Positions 31,273-46,107 of a DNA stretch of 64,000 nt are shown here, in pieces (within the stretch, counting starts at the first letter, position 1; each line of letters opens with the position of its first letter). The stretch spans positions 127,596,001 through 127,660,000 of the forward strand of contig OZ024745.1 of NCBI GenBank assembly GCA_964016885.1, in the 5' to 3' direction. The position numbers and the translations under genes were made by a program. This DNA is from Eledone cirrhosa (Eukaryota). The notes under the pieces are model-generated. The model made no database searches. It saw only the letters and a program-made list of their open reading frames with translations, and was not told where the DNA came from.

Positions 31273-31373
31273 ATACTTATATATATATATATATATAAAT
31301 ATGTATAGATATATAATATAATATATATATATATATATATAATATATATATATATTTATGCATTTATTATGTA

Positions 31374-31448
<75 letters not shown>

Positions 31449-31531
31449 TATATATATATATATATTAATACATCATAAATGCATAAATACACACAAATAC
31501 ACACACACATATACAGATATATGTATATGTG

Positions 31532-31575
<44 letters not shown>

Positions 31576-31649
31576 AATACATAAATACACACATACACAC
31601 ATACACACATACACACGAACACACACACACACGCAATACACACACACAC

Positions 31650-31710
<61 letters not shown>
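29040..31710. repeat. Large degenerate (TA)n/(TACA)n/(CA)n microsatellite region, with a SINE at 30182-30385(+)
   Basis: Direct inspection. Confidence 0.9.
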
Positions 31711-31712
<2 letters not shown>

Positions 31713-32081
31713 GCTTTACACGTGCATACAGACATTCATACAAGCAAGCATACATCACAATTATGCAGATTTGTCCTCTATCTTTCGTCACTCACTGCCA
31801 GTGCAACAATAAAACGTCAACAACAGAAACAAAAAGCAATGCCGCCATTGACGCCGACAACAATAACAACATCAAGAGCAACAATAGCAACAACAGCATA
31901 AATATGTATACAGAGAATAATAGCTGGGTGATATTATTGGCCGAAAGATCGATTTTACTAAGCAGGTTTCAAAATCGATATTTCCATCTTGCTTAATCAT
32001 CAGAGTACACAGTTAGTAACAAGCCTGACGGCAACCATTAACAACTGGCAAACAACATCACACAAGAAAAACGACAACAGC

Positions 32082-32112
<31 letters not shown>

Positions 32113-32306
32113 GCAACAGCAGCAGCACCAGCAGCAACAACAACAACAACAACAACAACAACAAGTCATAAAACTACAAGAATAGTTAGCAAATGAGAGA
32201 GCCTCATATGTGTTAGTCTCACCTAGAAACCCCAGTCAAATCACCCGTGAATTACACACTAGCCTACATAAAAAAAGACATATTGGATGTTGTACAACTA
32301 GAGACA

Positions 32307-32838
32307 TAATTGTTTTCTACTATTGGCACAAGGCCAGCAATTACACCAGTGTATTACTGGTACTTTATTGTATCGACCCCGTAAGGATGAAAGGCAAAGT
32401 TAACCTCGGCGGGATTTGAACTCAGAATGGCAAGGGCCGTAACTCTATGCGTCAAAGCATGGCGTCCGACCCTCAACCGATACTGCGCTCCACAGAGTCA
32501 TAATGCTAGATAAAACCAAAATAATAATAAAAAAAAAAACATTACATGAAAGACGAAAACAACAACAACAACAACAACTCCTGCAAATCATAAAACTACA
32601 AGTTAGCAAATGAGAGAGCCTCTTAAGTAGTAGTTTCACATCCTAGAATAATTGTTTCTACTTTTGGCACAAGGCCAGCAATTACCCCAGTGCATTACTG
32701 GTACTTTATTTTATCGACCCCCGTAAGGATGAAAGGTAAAGTTAACCTCGGTGGGTTTTGAATTCAGAATGGAAAGGGCCGTAACTCTATGCGTCAAAGC
32801 ATGACGTCCGACCCTCAACCGATACTGCCACTCCACCG
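32307..32838 (-). mobile_element. Two main-family SINE copies (32307-32492, 32648-32838) within a local duplication
   Basis: Both are preceded by GTTAGCAAATGAGAGAGCCTC and share diagnostic bases. Confidence 0.8.
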
Positions 32839-33105
32839 GTAGAACTAGAGACATAATGCCAAAATAATAATAATTGTTTCTACTTTTATTATTATTTTGG
32901 CTTTGTCTGGCATTATGTCTCTAGCTCCAGATAAAGGCAAAATAATAATAATAAAAAAGAAAACATTATATACAGTAGGTAGTTACATTATATATGCTTT
33001 GATGCATTGAGTTACGGCAAGGGCCGTAACTCGCTGCATGAAATCATGGCGTCCGACCTACCGATACTGCCAGTCCACCGATCGTTTGATAATGGCGTCT
33101 AACTT

Positions 33106-33168
<63 letters not shown>

Positions 33169-33774
33169 ATATGTACGTAGACACATATATTTAGACACAG
33201 ATATACATAGGTGTACGGAAACACATACATACGTACACAGATATACACATACATAAGTAGGCAGAAAGATACGTACGTACGTATGCAGATACACACATAC
33301 ATATATACGCTGATGCACATATACATTCGTACGGAGACGCATACATACGCACGCAACCACACACATAAGCTCGTACGCAAACACACACATATATACGTAT
33401 ACAGACACAGAAATACATTCGCACGCAGCCATACACATAGATACGAACGCAAACACACACATACACAGGCACAGAAATACATTCGTACGCAGACACAAAC
33501 ATACATACGTACGCAGACACAAACATACATACATACATACGCACACACAGACACATAAGTACTTACGCAGACACAAACATACATACATACGTACGCACAC
33601 ACATAAGTACTTACGCAGAGACACACATACATACGTACGCAGACACAGACATACATAGGCAGACGCACAAAAATATACATACATTCGTACGCAGACACAC
33701 ATAGTTACGTAGGAAGACATACACACGTGCGGAGACACACACATACACATGGATATACAAACATACACACCTAA

Positions 33775-34073
33775 AAAGTCTAAAATCTGTCTTAAGCCAG
33801 AAGACTCATTTGGCCGGTGCTTATCCCGATTTCATGGCGTGAAGTGACTGAGAGTACAAGACTCCCCTCTGGACAGGACGCCAGTCCATCGCAGGATTAA
33901 ACCTCCAGCTACTGCTGGTACTTATTTTCAGCTGAGTATACTGGAGCAACATGAAATGAAGTGTTTTGCTCAAGAACACAACAGAAATCGAACCCACATT
34001 ATGATCGTAAGTCCAACTCTCTTACCACTAGGCCACGTGTCACCTCTCTTACCACTAGGCCACGTGGCTCCAC
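33775..34073 (-). mobile_element. tRNA-derived CORE-type SINE with duplicated A box
   Basis: Minus strand CACGTGGCCTAGTGGTAAGAGAG x2, GGGTTCGATT, TGTGTTCTTGAGCAAAACACTT, CCTGCGATGGACTGGCGTCCTGTCCAG. Confidence 0.8.
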
Positions 34074-34116
34074 AAATATACACACCAAGCAACAACAATG
34101 TCTAGACAGGAAGCAT

Positions 34117-34694
34117 TAATTGTTTCTACTTTTGGCACAAGGCGAGCAATTATCCTAGTGCATTACTGGTACTTTATTATATCGACCCCATAAGGTTGAA
34201 AGGGAGACTGTAAAGGGATATAATTCTATGTTGCAACGCATGGTGTCCGACCCTTTAGCGATACTGCCAATCCACTCCTTTTAGACAGAAAGCAATGATA
34301 TCTTTACAAACACTGGTTGGGTTTAGAGTCTATGAAGATCTGGCAGTGCTCTTTCTGGTGTTTAGACACTATTTAGTATTTATCTCAAAACAATCAGATA
34401 TACTCGTGGTTGACTTCATTTCTTTATCCCGAGGACAATAATAAATACATACTTTTGAAAGTATTTTTTATTATTAGATTATAGTGTGGGCGGTAGATTA
34501 GCAGTATCGGTAGAGGGTCGGATGCCATGCTTTGCAGCAGACAGCCCTTTACGTTCTGAGTTCAAATCCCACAGAGGTTAACTTTGCCTTTCATCCTTAC
34601 GGGGTCGATAAAATAAAGTACCAGTAATACACTGGCGTATTGCTGGCCTGTGCCAAATGTAGAAACAATTATTATATCTTCATACAAATGTTGC

Positions 34695-34782
<88 letters not shown>

Positions 34783-36127
34783 GTGTATATATATATGTAT
34801 ACATGTATGTATATATATATATATATGTATATCTATAATTTATAATAAACGAAGCCAAATTTTACATATTTGACTTAATTATTTTCCATTACTCCGGAGT
34901 AATGTACGAGGTCGATCATATGGAGCAACAGTAACGTATTAGGGTCGATTTAATCGACCCCCCACCTAAAAAAAAAAAAAATTACTGGCCTTTTGCCTAT
35001 ACTAGAAATCATCGATAAAATAAAGTACCAGTAATGTACTGGGTAATTGCTGGCCTTGTGCCTAAAGTAGAAACAATTATTAGATTAAGGGCGGTGAATT
35101 GGCAGTATCGGTAGAGAATCGGACGCCATGCATAGAGTTACGGCCCTTGCTATTCTGGGTTAAAATCCCGTCGAGGTTAACTTTGCCTTTCATCCTTACG
35201 TGGTCGATAAAATAAAGTACCAGTAATGTACTGGGTTTTTGCTGGCCTTGTGCCTAAAGTAGAAACAATTATTAGATTAGGGGCATAACGAAGCATTGCG
35301 TTGAAGAGATTTTAATCGATTATATTGAACACAGGACTTAATTTTCATGTCTGTTAATTGTTTTATCGATCTCCTTATAACAAGCTGCTAAGTTACGGGA
35401 TATAAACAAAGAATAAACGTAAACAAAAACACACACACATACACACACATACACTCACACACAGTCACATAAAAACACATTGATAGACTCGGACGGTTCG
35501 CCTCAGTACTCGACCACACACGCAGGACTACTTGCCTGCCCACCTGCCCCATTTAACCTCGTCTTTCTTCTAACCTTGCACTTTCCCGATGAAGGACTCA
35601 CGCCCGATACGTTGATGTATTTATTTTCCTTTTCCAACAAGCATGAAACTAATAATCCTTTATGAAATTATTGTAACCCTTCTTTATCTTATTTGCTCAC
35701 CATACGGATTAATAGGCAAAGTTATAAACTATTGAAAATGTTTATAAACGTCAAAACATAACGTAAAATATAGGCCGGCAAATACGGTATATTGTTATCA
35801 ATAATTTAGCGTTAAAGGGCTTGAAAAAAATATGTAATTGTTTCTACGTTTGGCACAAGGCCAGCAATCACCCAGTGCATTACTGGTACTTTATTTTTTG
35901 AAAAAAGTTTTGAAAAAATTTAGAAAAAATTTAGAAAAAAATATATTATTGTTTCTACTTTAGGCACAAGGCCAGCAATTACTCAGTGCATTACTGGTAC
36001 TTTATTTTATCGACCCCGTAAGGATGAAAGGCAAAGTCAACCTCGGCGGGATTTGAACTCAGATCGTAAAGGGATGTAACTATGCTGGAAAGCATGGCGT
36101 CCGACCCTCTACCGATACTGCCAATCC
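34117..36127. mobile_element. Cluster of main-family SINEs: 34117-34278(-), 34488-34672(+), 34940-35080(+, fragments), 35089-35272(+), 35835-35900(-), 35945-36127(-)
   Basis: Shared A/B boxes and GTCGATAAAATAAAGTACCAG domain. Confidence 0.85.
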
Positions 36128-36189
36128 AAATGCCACCAAAAAAGCCACGAAAAAATTTTGAAAAAATTTATAATACCACGAAAAAAGCC

Positions 36190-36315
36190 ATTAAAACATC
36201 GCGGAAGATATTTACGATTCCGCGAATATAGGTGGTTTCCACGAACAATTATTAGTTAAACCCTGAGAAAAATCCTGCGAATAACCGGAACCGCAAATGT
36301 CGGGGGGACACTGTA
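36190..36315. mobile_element. Right end of a pogo/Tigger-like DNA transposon
   Basis: ..CCGCGAATA..CCGCAAATGTCGGGGGGACACTG-TA. Confidence 0.55.
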
Positions 36316-37566
36316 TTCTGAATCATTCTAAAGAGAGTGAAACTTCAGACAAGTGGGTTTTTGTAAAGATAGAATCAACACCAAGAAAATCCTCAGTTTC
36401 TTCCCGATCTGTGAGAAATATCTTCAAGACTAGAAAGAACACTACCAGATCTTTCTAGACTTCAAGAAGACATTCAATAGAGTGTGGCTCTATGGAAAGA
36501 CATTTAGCATCGAGCAAACGTTGACTGTTACCTTACAATTGATACCCAGGTAACCAGTGCAGTAATTGTACAAGGGACCATCGGGAATAGTTCCATAACA
36601 CTGTAGGTGGCCTTCTCACACACACACACACACTCTCTCTCTCACACACACACACACAGACATACACACACACACACACATTCTCTCTCTCTCACACACA
36701 CACTCACACACACACCCACACACCCACACACACACAACAGACGCTCACATACACCCACACCCACACACACACAAACACACACACACAGACACAACAAACA
36801 CACACACTCACACACACACAGAGACTCAAACACACACGCACATCCACACACAAACACACAAACTCACCCACCCACACACAAACACACACACACACACTCA
36901 CACACACACACACAATAACACACAGACACTCACAAATACACACACACACTCTCATACACACACACAGACACCCACCCACATATATACACACACAAGCACA
37001 CACACACAAACACACATACACAAATACACACACACACACTCTCTCTCTCACACACACACAAACACACGCATACACACACATGTACACAAATACACACACT
37101 CTCTATCTCTCTCTCACACACACACACAAACACACACACACACACTCAAGCATACACACACACATCCACACACAAACACACACACAAACACACACACAAA
37201 CACACACACAAACACACACTCAGGATTTTAATTTGTCTTTCTTTTCTTAGATGCTTTAAAAAATATTTTAAAAAGTTCTTTTTAGTATTTTTATAAACCT
37301 TCTGAAAATAATTGTTTAATAATTTTCCCACCAGATAAGATTTTTCCCTCTAGGTTGTAAGAAGAAGTATTAATTTATAATGTGTTCTTTCTAAAGAGAT
37401 TTTCAATATAGAATCTAAAATTTCACCGAAATTAGTTTTCAACAACAAACGTAAAATACTCTTCTACTTGTTAGTTCTAACACCAAATCGTTCAGTAGAA
37501 GATTCATTTTTTTATCCGTAAAAAAGCTACTTCGAAGAGTTTTCATCTGTCCCTATGATACTAATA

Positions 37567-37755
37567 CAGGTAAAATGCCGTTATAACAAATACAATTATA
37601 ACGAAATTTTCAGTATAACGAATTTTTTATTTTTTTGTCAATCGCCGATGTAATAACAAACACTCGAATTGTTTCGGTCGATCTCATTATAAAGAAATTT
37701 TCGTTACAACGAATTTTTTATACCCCGTGAATTTCGTTATAACGGAGTTTCACTG
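37567..37755. mobile_element. pogo/Tigger-like MITE
   Basis: TA-CAGGTAAAATGCCGTTATAAC..GTTATAACGGAGTTTCACTG-TA; homologue at 42346-42530. Confidence 0.8.
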
Positions 37756-38064
37756 TATATCGTTCTCTTCTTGAAGTACCATCATTGTTTTTATAAAAGT
37801 GTGAGTTATGATACATCATATGTTGTTGACAAATACATTCCGAGTTGTTTAATTTGTTATCTCGACCTAGCATTAGAGATAAGAATGAGTTGGAATTTAT
37901 AGGTTCAATAATTGTATTTTTTTCGAACGATCCTCTCAATGAAGAATTGCTTTTAGAGTTTAGCGTGTGTTTAAGGGATGAATAGAATGTTCATGATGAG
38001 AGGCTTCGAAGGAAAATGAAGTATGATTTCATTATGAAATAATACACTGAAAGAAAGAGAGAGA

Positions 38065-38256
<192 letters not shown>

Positions 38257-39641
38257 ACAAATAGATCGACATGGGAAAGAAGACTAAAATTTTATCAAGC
38301 ATTTATTTGTTCTCATGAGTACTGTCTAGAATGCTGGTGATCGAAAGTATGTTAACCTAAATTTGAAAACACGATTCTATAGTGGAGTGTCTTGTAGAAC
38401 AGTGGGAGTTTGTTTGAAGCTGATAATTCTTGCTGATCAGAGACATCATAGATTCTTCCTCGTTGCCTCAAGCTTTCAAGTCTGATCGGATTTTCTAACA
38501 GTGAACAGATATACATGACTGACTTATTTCTTGGTTTAAAATAAGGCCAAATCTCCATGGTATGCATTCCGCAATGTTGTATGTATAGGACTTCCAGGGG
38601 AGTCTTTTAAGCATGATTAATACAAACAGGTAGAGTGAGAGAAGCAATTGCTCTTTGAACTTGTTTATAAATACTAGTGTATATGGATGTTCTTGCAGCA
38701 CCATCTAAATTTACGTTAAATGTTACTAATAGCTTTTTATTTGAGAATGCTTTAAAACACTTCAGTTGTGGAAGAGTTGAAAATATGTTTAACATTCTAT
38801 TATATGTATAAATGCACCTAAGACTCCATTGCAAAATATATATAGATAAAATGCAAGGAATCTTCTTCGTCTTCGCCCTCTTATTGCTGAGAGGGTCGTG
38901 GGGGAAATGCAAGGAATTATAAACATATTTACCCATATCAGAAAACGAATTTATAAAATACAGGTGAGGATGTTGGAATATATATATATATAAATACGTT
39001 ACAAGAAATAGAAAGAAGATGCAGTAAGTATTCCAGATTCTAACGATGATCAGACTACAAGAAAAACACGACATAATCTACAACAAACAACTAGTCTACA
39101 TCTAATACAAAAGATTAACACCGCCGATATACAACCACAAAGGAAGCAATCGTACATACAACCATGCATACATCCCTCTATACATGTAGATGTATAGATA
39201 TATACACGCACGCATACACACACACTCACACACACTCATATATATATATAGATACATATATATATATATATATGTACGTAAACATAAATCAAAGCATGTA
39301 GATCACAGTATGAAAAGAGGCACGCATGCACGCACACACACATACATACATACATGCATTCATAGATACATGCATATATATATATATATACACGCATATA
39401 TACATACATACATATACATATGTACAGATATAAAACATGCACATAAAACTCAAAGCATTCAGATAAATCATACAATAACATCCATACTTGCACATACACA
39501 CACACATACACACATACATACACACATACATACACACATACATACACACACACATACACACATACATACACACGCACACACAGACACGCGCGCATGCATA
39601 CATATTTACCCAGTTAATATCTAAATTCCAATAAAAGAGTC

Positions 39642-40060
39642 TTGTATCTAGTACTGGTGGAATGTTCCAGTAAAACCCCAATAAAATGCAGGCATAACAG
39701 ACCAGATATTATGATATGGGACAGGGAAAAGAAGGCATTTGCAGTGGTGGAAATTAGCTGCCCAGCAGATGCCAACATAATATCAAAGATTAGCGAAAAG
39801 GAGAATATCTATGCAGAACTAATGGGAAATCTGCATATACTCCACCCTGACTATACCTTCAGATTTATGCCTATGATTAGTGGGGCACTGGGGTATGTTA
39901 GTAACTGCCTAAGTACAAATCTTGAGAAGCTGGGCTTCATAGGAACAGAAATAACACAACTACTTAGGAAATTACAAGTACAATCCAGTAAAAATATGTT
40001 AAACAATCCAGTAAATCCAGTAAAAATATGTTAAACATTCCAAAAATTCTGCATCTAATA
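39642..40060 (+). mobile_element. 3' fragment of a restriction-like-endonuclease LINE (R4/Dong-like)
   Basis: HNRPDIMIWDREKK..VEISCPADANIISKISEKENIY..ISGALG. Confidence 0.8.
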
Positions 40061-40341
40061 ACTGCATATACACATGTACAGATACAAAACATAAAACTCA
40101 AAACGCATAAAACTCAAAACATCCACAATTACAATAACATCCATACCTACACATGTATGCATGCAGCTATGCAGACATATCTACCTAGTTTATGTTGTGT
40201 AAATTTCAATGAGAGAGTCTTGTGTCTATGTTAGAAACCGACTCTCTCTCTCTATTGGTAAAAGAATTTGTGAAATTATAAAACCAGAAGAACACACATA
40301 CATACATACACACATACATACACACACACATACATACATAC

Positions 40342-40372
<31 letters not shown>

Positions 40373-40744
40373 CATACATACATACATACATACATACATA
40401 CATACATACATACAAATCACTTCGACGTTATAAATATTTCACAGAGAATATTCCAAGGAGAGAGTTGGTCAAAGCTTCAGTTTATCTTGGCAATAAATGC
40501 TGTCAGTTCTTTTACAAAAATTAAATGATTGCGTGCTAGCGTCTACAAAAGCAAGAGACACCAATATAACCTATAATTTCTTTGTGGACAATGGAAGAAC
40601 CTTTACCTGAAGTATTTACAATTCTGAGAAACAGCTAGAGATAAATTGCTGATATAGAGATAGAATTTGTCCAAAAGAAATGTTCATGTTTGGAAAACCG
40701 TTGATATCAATGACCTGCCTCAGTTATGTCAGTAAAATCGAAGT

Positions 40745-41127
40745 GGCATTATTGGCAGCATTAGTAGAGAGTTGGACGCCATGATTTCTAGCATAGTTAC
40801 GTCCCTTTACGGTTTGCGTTCAAATCCCGTCGAGGTTAACTTTGTCTTTCATCCTTACGGGGTTGATAAAATAAAGTACCAGTAATGTACTGGGTAATTG
40901 CTGGCCTTGTACCAACAGTAAAAACAATTATTACAAAACCAGGGCGGTGGATTGGCAGTATCGGTTGAGGGTCGGACGGCATGCTTTGCAGCACAGATTT
41001 ACGGCCCTTTATGATCTGAATTCAATGGGGTCGATAAAATAAAGTACCAGTCGATATCATCGACTTTCCCCTCCCACAAAATCGCTGGCCTTGTGCCTAT
41101 AAAAGAAACCATTATTACAAAACCAGG
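40745..41127 (+). mobile_element. Two tandem main-family SINEs; the second has TSD ATTATTACAAAACCAGG
   Basis: Direct repeats at about 40927-43 and 41111-27. Confidence 0.85.
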
Positions 41128-42208
41128 ATCTTCAGGCAAAGAAGTTGAGCAATAAAAGACCATTTACAAAATTATGCAAAACATTTTTTAAGTTCAACAA
41201 AGTGGCTTTGATTCTGTGCTAGAAACCAGCATATTAGTTGTAGTGTTTTATCTAAATATGTTATAGTTATTCATTCATGTAGTTACTCATCTACTGAATT
41301 GTGTATATTTCTATGTAATCAATTGAAATAAACTTCTATCTATCTTCTATCTTGTACACAATTTAGTATGATGTATTTCCTTACATTGAAATAAACTCTT
41401 AGGATTATGAATCGTGGAATTCTTTTGTAGTATATTAAAAGAAACATAAGAAACATTTAAATGATTAGACAATAAAGACATTATGATAGAGGTTCGTAGA
41501 GTTTGCGTTTAAGAAATTCTACTCAAATGTATTTGGTCAAACTATGATTATTTTAGAAGACACACACTCAAGATTCCTCGAGTAAGATCGAAGCCGGAAC
41601 TACAGGGATCCAATGTGAACTGCTTTACTACACAAATATGCCAGCGTCCGGAATAAAGGCTTTATTTTTCTGTTTACAATTTGTTGTTTACAATTACGTT
41701 TATGAAAGAAAACAAATCAAACATTATTATAAAAAAATACGAAATTTTAAAATACCAACATAGTTCATTTTCATAAATTAAACAGAATGGAAAAGAAATA
41801 TTAAAATTAGCTATTAAATAAAAAAAATATCGCTTGCGATATATACTTTACATTATGGAAGTGTGAAAATTCATCGTTAGCAATGCGGCATGCTTTATTT
41901 CAATAAAAATTAACTGAGTAAAATGAGAAAAAATTGAAGGGGCAATATTTTTATCATGTAAAAATATCCAAACTGCATTACCAATACACGAAGCAGCTTT
42001 CATTATATGTGAAACATTTTAAAAATCCTGTTTAGATTTATTGTTATTGCAAACCTTACAAAATATCAAACCATTAATTTTATAACGATTCAAATAAAAT
42101 TCGGATTTAGCTTTAATGTTTCAAAATTTCATCAGCAATCCTATTTGCGATTTTAAAGCAATATAAAGTAATCCTTACACCTACACACACAGACAGACAC
42201 ACACAAAT

Positions 42209-42245
<37 letters not shown>

Positions 42246-42269
42246 CACATACACATACACACACACACG

Positions 42270-42319
<50 letters not shown>

Positions 42320-42345
42320 GTCACACACACATATATATATATATA

Positions 42346-42530
42346 CGGGTAAAATTCCGTTAATACGAATACCATTATAACGAAGCTTTCAGTATAACGG
42401 AATTGTTTCAATCCCCGAGGTAATAACAAACAAACACCCGATTTGTTTTGGTCGATCTCGTTATAAAGAATTTTTCGTTACAACGAACTTTTTTATACCC
42501 CGTGAATTTCGTTATAACGGAATTTCCCCG
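42346..42530. mobile_element. pogo/Tigger-like MITE
   Basis: TA-CGGGTAAAATTCCGTT..AACGGAATTTCCCCG-TA. Confidence 0.8.
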
Positions 42531-42558
42531 TACACACACACACTCACACTCACATACA

Positions 42559-42638
<80 letters not shown>

Positions 42639-42903
42639 TATGTTGTATTCTCAATTTGAGGGATCATAGTTGTTTGATCAATTGGGCGTCAAGCTCATTG
42701 AATTAGCATAAAACGTGGCTGAGTATTCCGTAAACAAGTGTACGATTAATGTAATTTCATAACACAATGTGATAAGGTTGGCATCTTGAATTACAGACAC
42801 AGTCTATCAGATGGGTTTCCGTACTTCTCACTTCTACTACTGACATCCTACACTCATACTTTTACCACTACTCAATTCTATTGAACCCCCCCCCCCTCTT
42901 TCA

Positions 42904-42970
<67 letters not shown>

Positions 42971-43088
42971 CCTATCTATTTCTATCTCTGTTTCCATACA
43001 TCTCACTTCTACTGACACTCTTTCACTTATACTTTTACCTCAACCCTGTTGAAGTTCTTTTCAGCCCCGCCCTCTCTCTCTCTCTTTG

Positions 43089-43169
<81 letters not shown>

Positions 43170-43280
43170 CTCCTTTTGTTTCCATACAGCTCTGTTCTCT
43201 TACTGAGACATTTCACTTTTACCACAACCCATTTCTATTGAAATTCTCCTCACACACACACATACTCTCTCTCTCTATCT

Positions 43281-43322
<42 letters not shown>

Positions 43323-43596
43323 CTATCTATCTACCTATAAAGATATCTCTCTCTCTACCTCTCTATCTCTTCCTCTATCTATATCTTTATTTCTTCCCCT
43401 CTCCTTCTGTCTCTCTCTCTCTCTATCTTTCTCACTTATTCTTTGTCTACACTTATTTCTTGCTTCTGCCCCCCCCCCCCCATCACTCTGTCTCATGTAT
43501 GTATATATATATGTATATATGTATATATATATATATATATATAAACGGAAAAAAGGAAACGAAATTTCATTTCCCACTCTTAGTACGGCTGTTACT

Positions 43597-43790
43597 TAAA
43601 TATAAGTATGTACACGTACATACATATATGTATACAGACGTACAGTAGTATGTATATATATACATACATGCACACATATATATATGTACATATATATGTG
43701 TACATATATATATGTGTGCATGTATGTATATATATATATACATACTACTGTACGTCTGTATACATATATGTATGTACGTGTACATACTTA

Positions 43791-43796
<6 letters not shown>
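43597..43796. repeat. Fold-back palindrome (about 100-bp arms)
   Basis: TATAAGTATGTACACGTACATAC..CAGACGTACAGTAG and reverse complement; unfolded homologue at 26540-26660. Confidence 0.85.
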
Positions 43797-43834
<38 letters not shown>

Positions 43835-43838
<4 letters not shown>

Positions 43839-44175
43839 ATGATATTAAATAAATGGAAACTATATTTATAAAACCATATTTATTCTATTATATATATTTC
43901 AAGGGCACCAAAATTTTGGTACGCTATCATCAGATAAAATACAAAGTGTGTTTTATACATTTTGACATAACCAAGGATAACATACCTTAACGGTTCAAGT
44001 TATCCCTGGAAATATATAAAATATATATATTTGGTACCCTAGAATATATAATAGAATAGATATGGTTTTATAAATATAGTTTCCATTTATTTAATATCAT
44101 TGAATATTATACTCCAGAAAACTGTTGAGTGCTCTGAATCAGTTATAAACATTTATATTTGTTGAATTTCCAACA
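43835..44175. mobile_element. Family A head-to-head unit; HHR at 43881-43941(-)
   Basis: Minus strand tattttat-CTGATGA-tagcgtaccaaaattttggtgccctt-GAAA-tatata-TA-atagaata; the + arm starts in stem II (TTGGTACCCT, about 44031). Confidence 0.75.
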
Positions 44176-44217
44176 AATTGAATATCCCTTCTGCTTATAT
44201 ATATATGTGTGTGTGTG

Positions 44218-44289
<72 letters not shown>

Positions 44290-44658
44290 TGTGTGTTTGT
44301 GTGTGTGTGTATGTGGTGTGTGTGTGCGTGTGTGTGTTTATGTGGATATGTAGGCGTGTTTGTGTATACATATCAATATGTTTTTGTTTGTTCCACTGCA
44401 CCACGTGGAAAATAAAATTTTCAAAAATGGAATTTCTTCTTCATGAAATGAATGGATTCTGAAGGAACTTTGATTCATTACACATTCATTTTGTCTTGGT
44501 AGGAAGAGAGTAAAGTGATGTTAGTGTTAGGACTGAGGCTTTTGGTGGGTGAGGTGACATGGAGTAGGGTGGGGTAAGGTGGCGTGGGGTTGGGGTTGGG
44601 GGGATTATGTTGCTATCGTCCCGTGTATGGTGTTGTTTTGAACCATGTTATGAATGTT

Positions 44659-44710
<52 letters not shown>

Positions 44711-44769
44711 CGTTTTAGTCTTCTTTCTTTCCTTTTTTCTTCATCTTGTTTTAATGTTCTATGAGGATG

Positions 44770-44790
44770 TTGATGTTAATGATGATGATA

Positions 44791-44825
<35 letters not shown>

Positions 44826-44925
44826 AATGATGAGGATGATAAATAGCATTATCTGTTTAGGATGAGGATGATGTTACGATGATGATGATGGTGATGATGA
44901 TGATGATGATGATGATGGTGGTGGC

Positions 44926-44977
<52 letters not shown>

Positions 44978-45010
44978 GTAATGATGATGATGATGATAAT
45001 AATAATGATA
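44770..45010. repeat. (GAT)n microsatellite
   Basis: Direct inspection. Confidence 0.95.
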
Positions 45011-45049
45011 TTAATGCTGCTGCAGCTGCTGCTGCTGATAATGAGTATG

Positions 45050-45335
45050 CGCCTGTATATTGGAGAAGAACAACGGGAGAGGGAGCCAGCTCTAGCGGTC
45101 AGGGTGACCGTGATCTTCTAGGGTTTTGTCCATAAGTGACCCTTAGTGTCTCCCCACGTTTGGGGAATTTGTTATATTTGATTTTCTGAAATGTATTTTC
45201 ATAGTTTATGTTATAAACTATATTTTACACACAACCCGCCCCCCTCCCCTAAAAAAAACTCACCTCCTGTACCGTCTGTAATGTTTTCTTAATGTGAACC
45301 CTGTGTAGTTAATAAAGTAGTTATTATTATTATTA
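45050..45335 (+). mobile_element. Probable Tx1-like LINE 3'UTR fragment
   Basis: Same motif order as 27615-27855 (GCCTGTA, CTCCCC..TTGGGGA, CCCT.TG..GTTAATAAAG). Confidence 0.4.
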
Positions 45336-46107
45336 GGGCGGTGGTTTAGCAGTATCGGTAGAGGGTCGGGCGCCATGCTTTGCAGAATAGAGTTACGGCC
45401 CTTTATGATCTGAGTTCAAATCCCGCCGAGGTTAACTTTGCCTTTCATCCTTACGGGGTCGATAAAATAAAGTACCAGTAATGCACTGGGGTTGATTTAA
45501 TCGACTTCCCCCCCCAAAACAATTACTGGCCTTGTGCCTATATAAGAAACTATTATTATAAGGGCGGTGGTTTGGCAGTATCGGTAGAGCGTCGGACAAT
45601 ACGTTTTGCAGCATAGAGTTATGGCCATTCACGTTCTTAGTTCAAAACCCGCCGAAGTTAGCTTTGTCTTTCATCCTTACGGGGTAGATAAACTAAAGTA
45701 CCAGTAATACACTGGGTCGATTTAATCGACTATCCCCTTCCCTTCAAATTGCCGGCCTTGTGCCTATACTAGAAATCATTATTAGGGCAGTGGATTGGCC
45801 CAATCGGTAGACCGTCGGACCAAATGCTTTGCAGTATTTAGTTACGTCCCTTTACGTTCTGAGTTCAAATCCCGCCGACGTTAGCTTTGCCTTTCATCCT
45901 TATCCTTACGGAGTCGATAAAATAAAGTACCAGTGATCGACTTTCCCTACCCCCAAAATTCCTGGCCTTGTGTCTAAATGATAAACCAATATTAGTAGCA
46001 TTAAACAGGTTGGATTAACAGAATCGTTAGAGTGTCGATTTAATCGACTTTCCCCTACACCCTTCAAATTGCTGGCCTTGTGCCTAAAGTAGGAATCATT
46101 ATTATTG
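45336..46107 (+). mobile_element. Head-to-tail array of three full and one partial main-family SINE
   Basis: Units start GGGCGG/GGGCAG at about 45336, 45562 and 45785, separated by (ATT)n tails. Confidence 0.9.

Noticed and set aside
35578-35620. CCGATGA-agg..ccc-GATA-cgtt HHR-like remnant (also GAAA-cacgtg-TC at about 14614-14625)
   Set aside because: Two or more core substitutions and poor stem I; plausible fossils but not supportable alone
42103-42143. Minus-strand CTGATGA-aatttt-GAAA motif
   Set aside because: Stem II too short and no proper UH site; could be chance in AT-rich DNA
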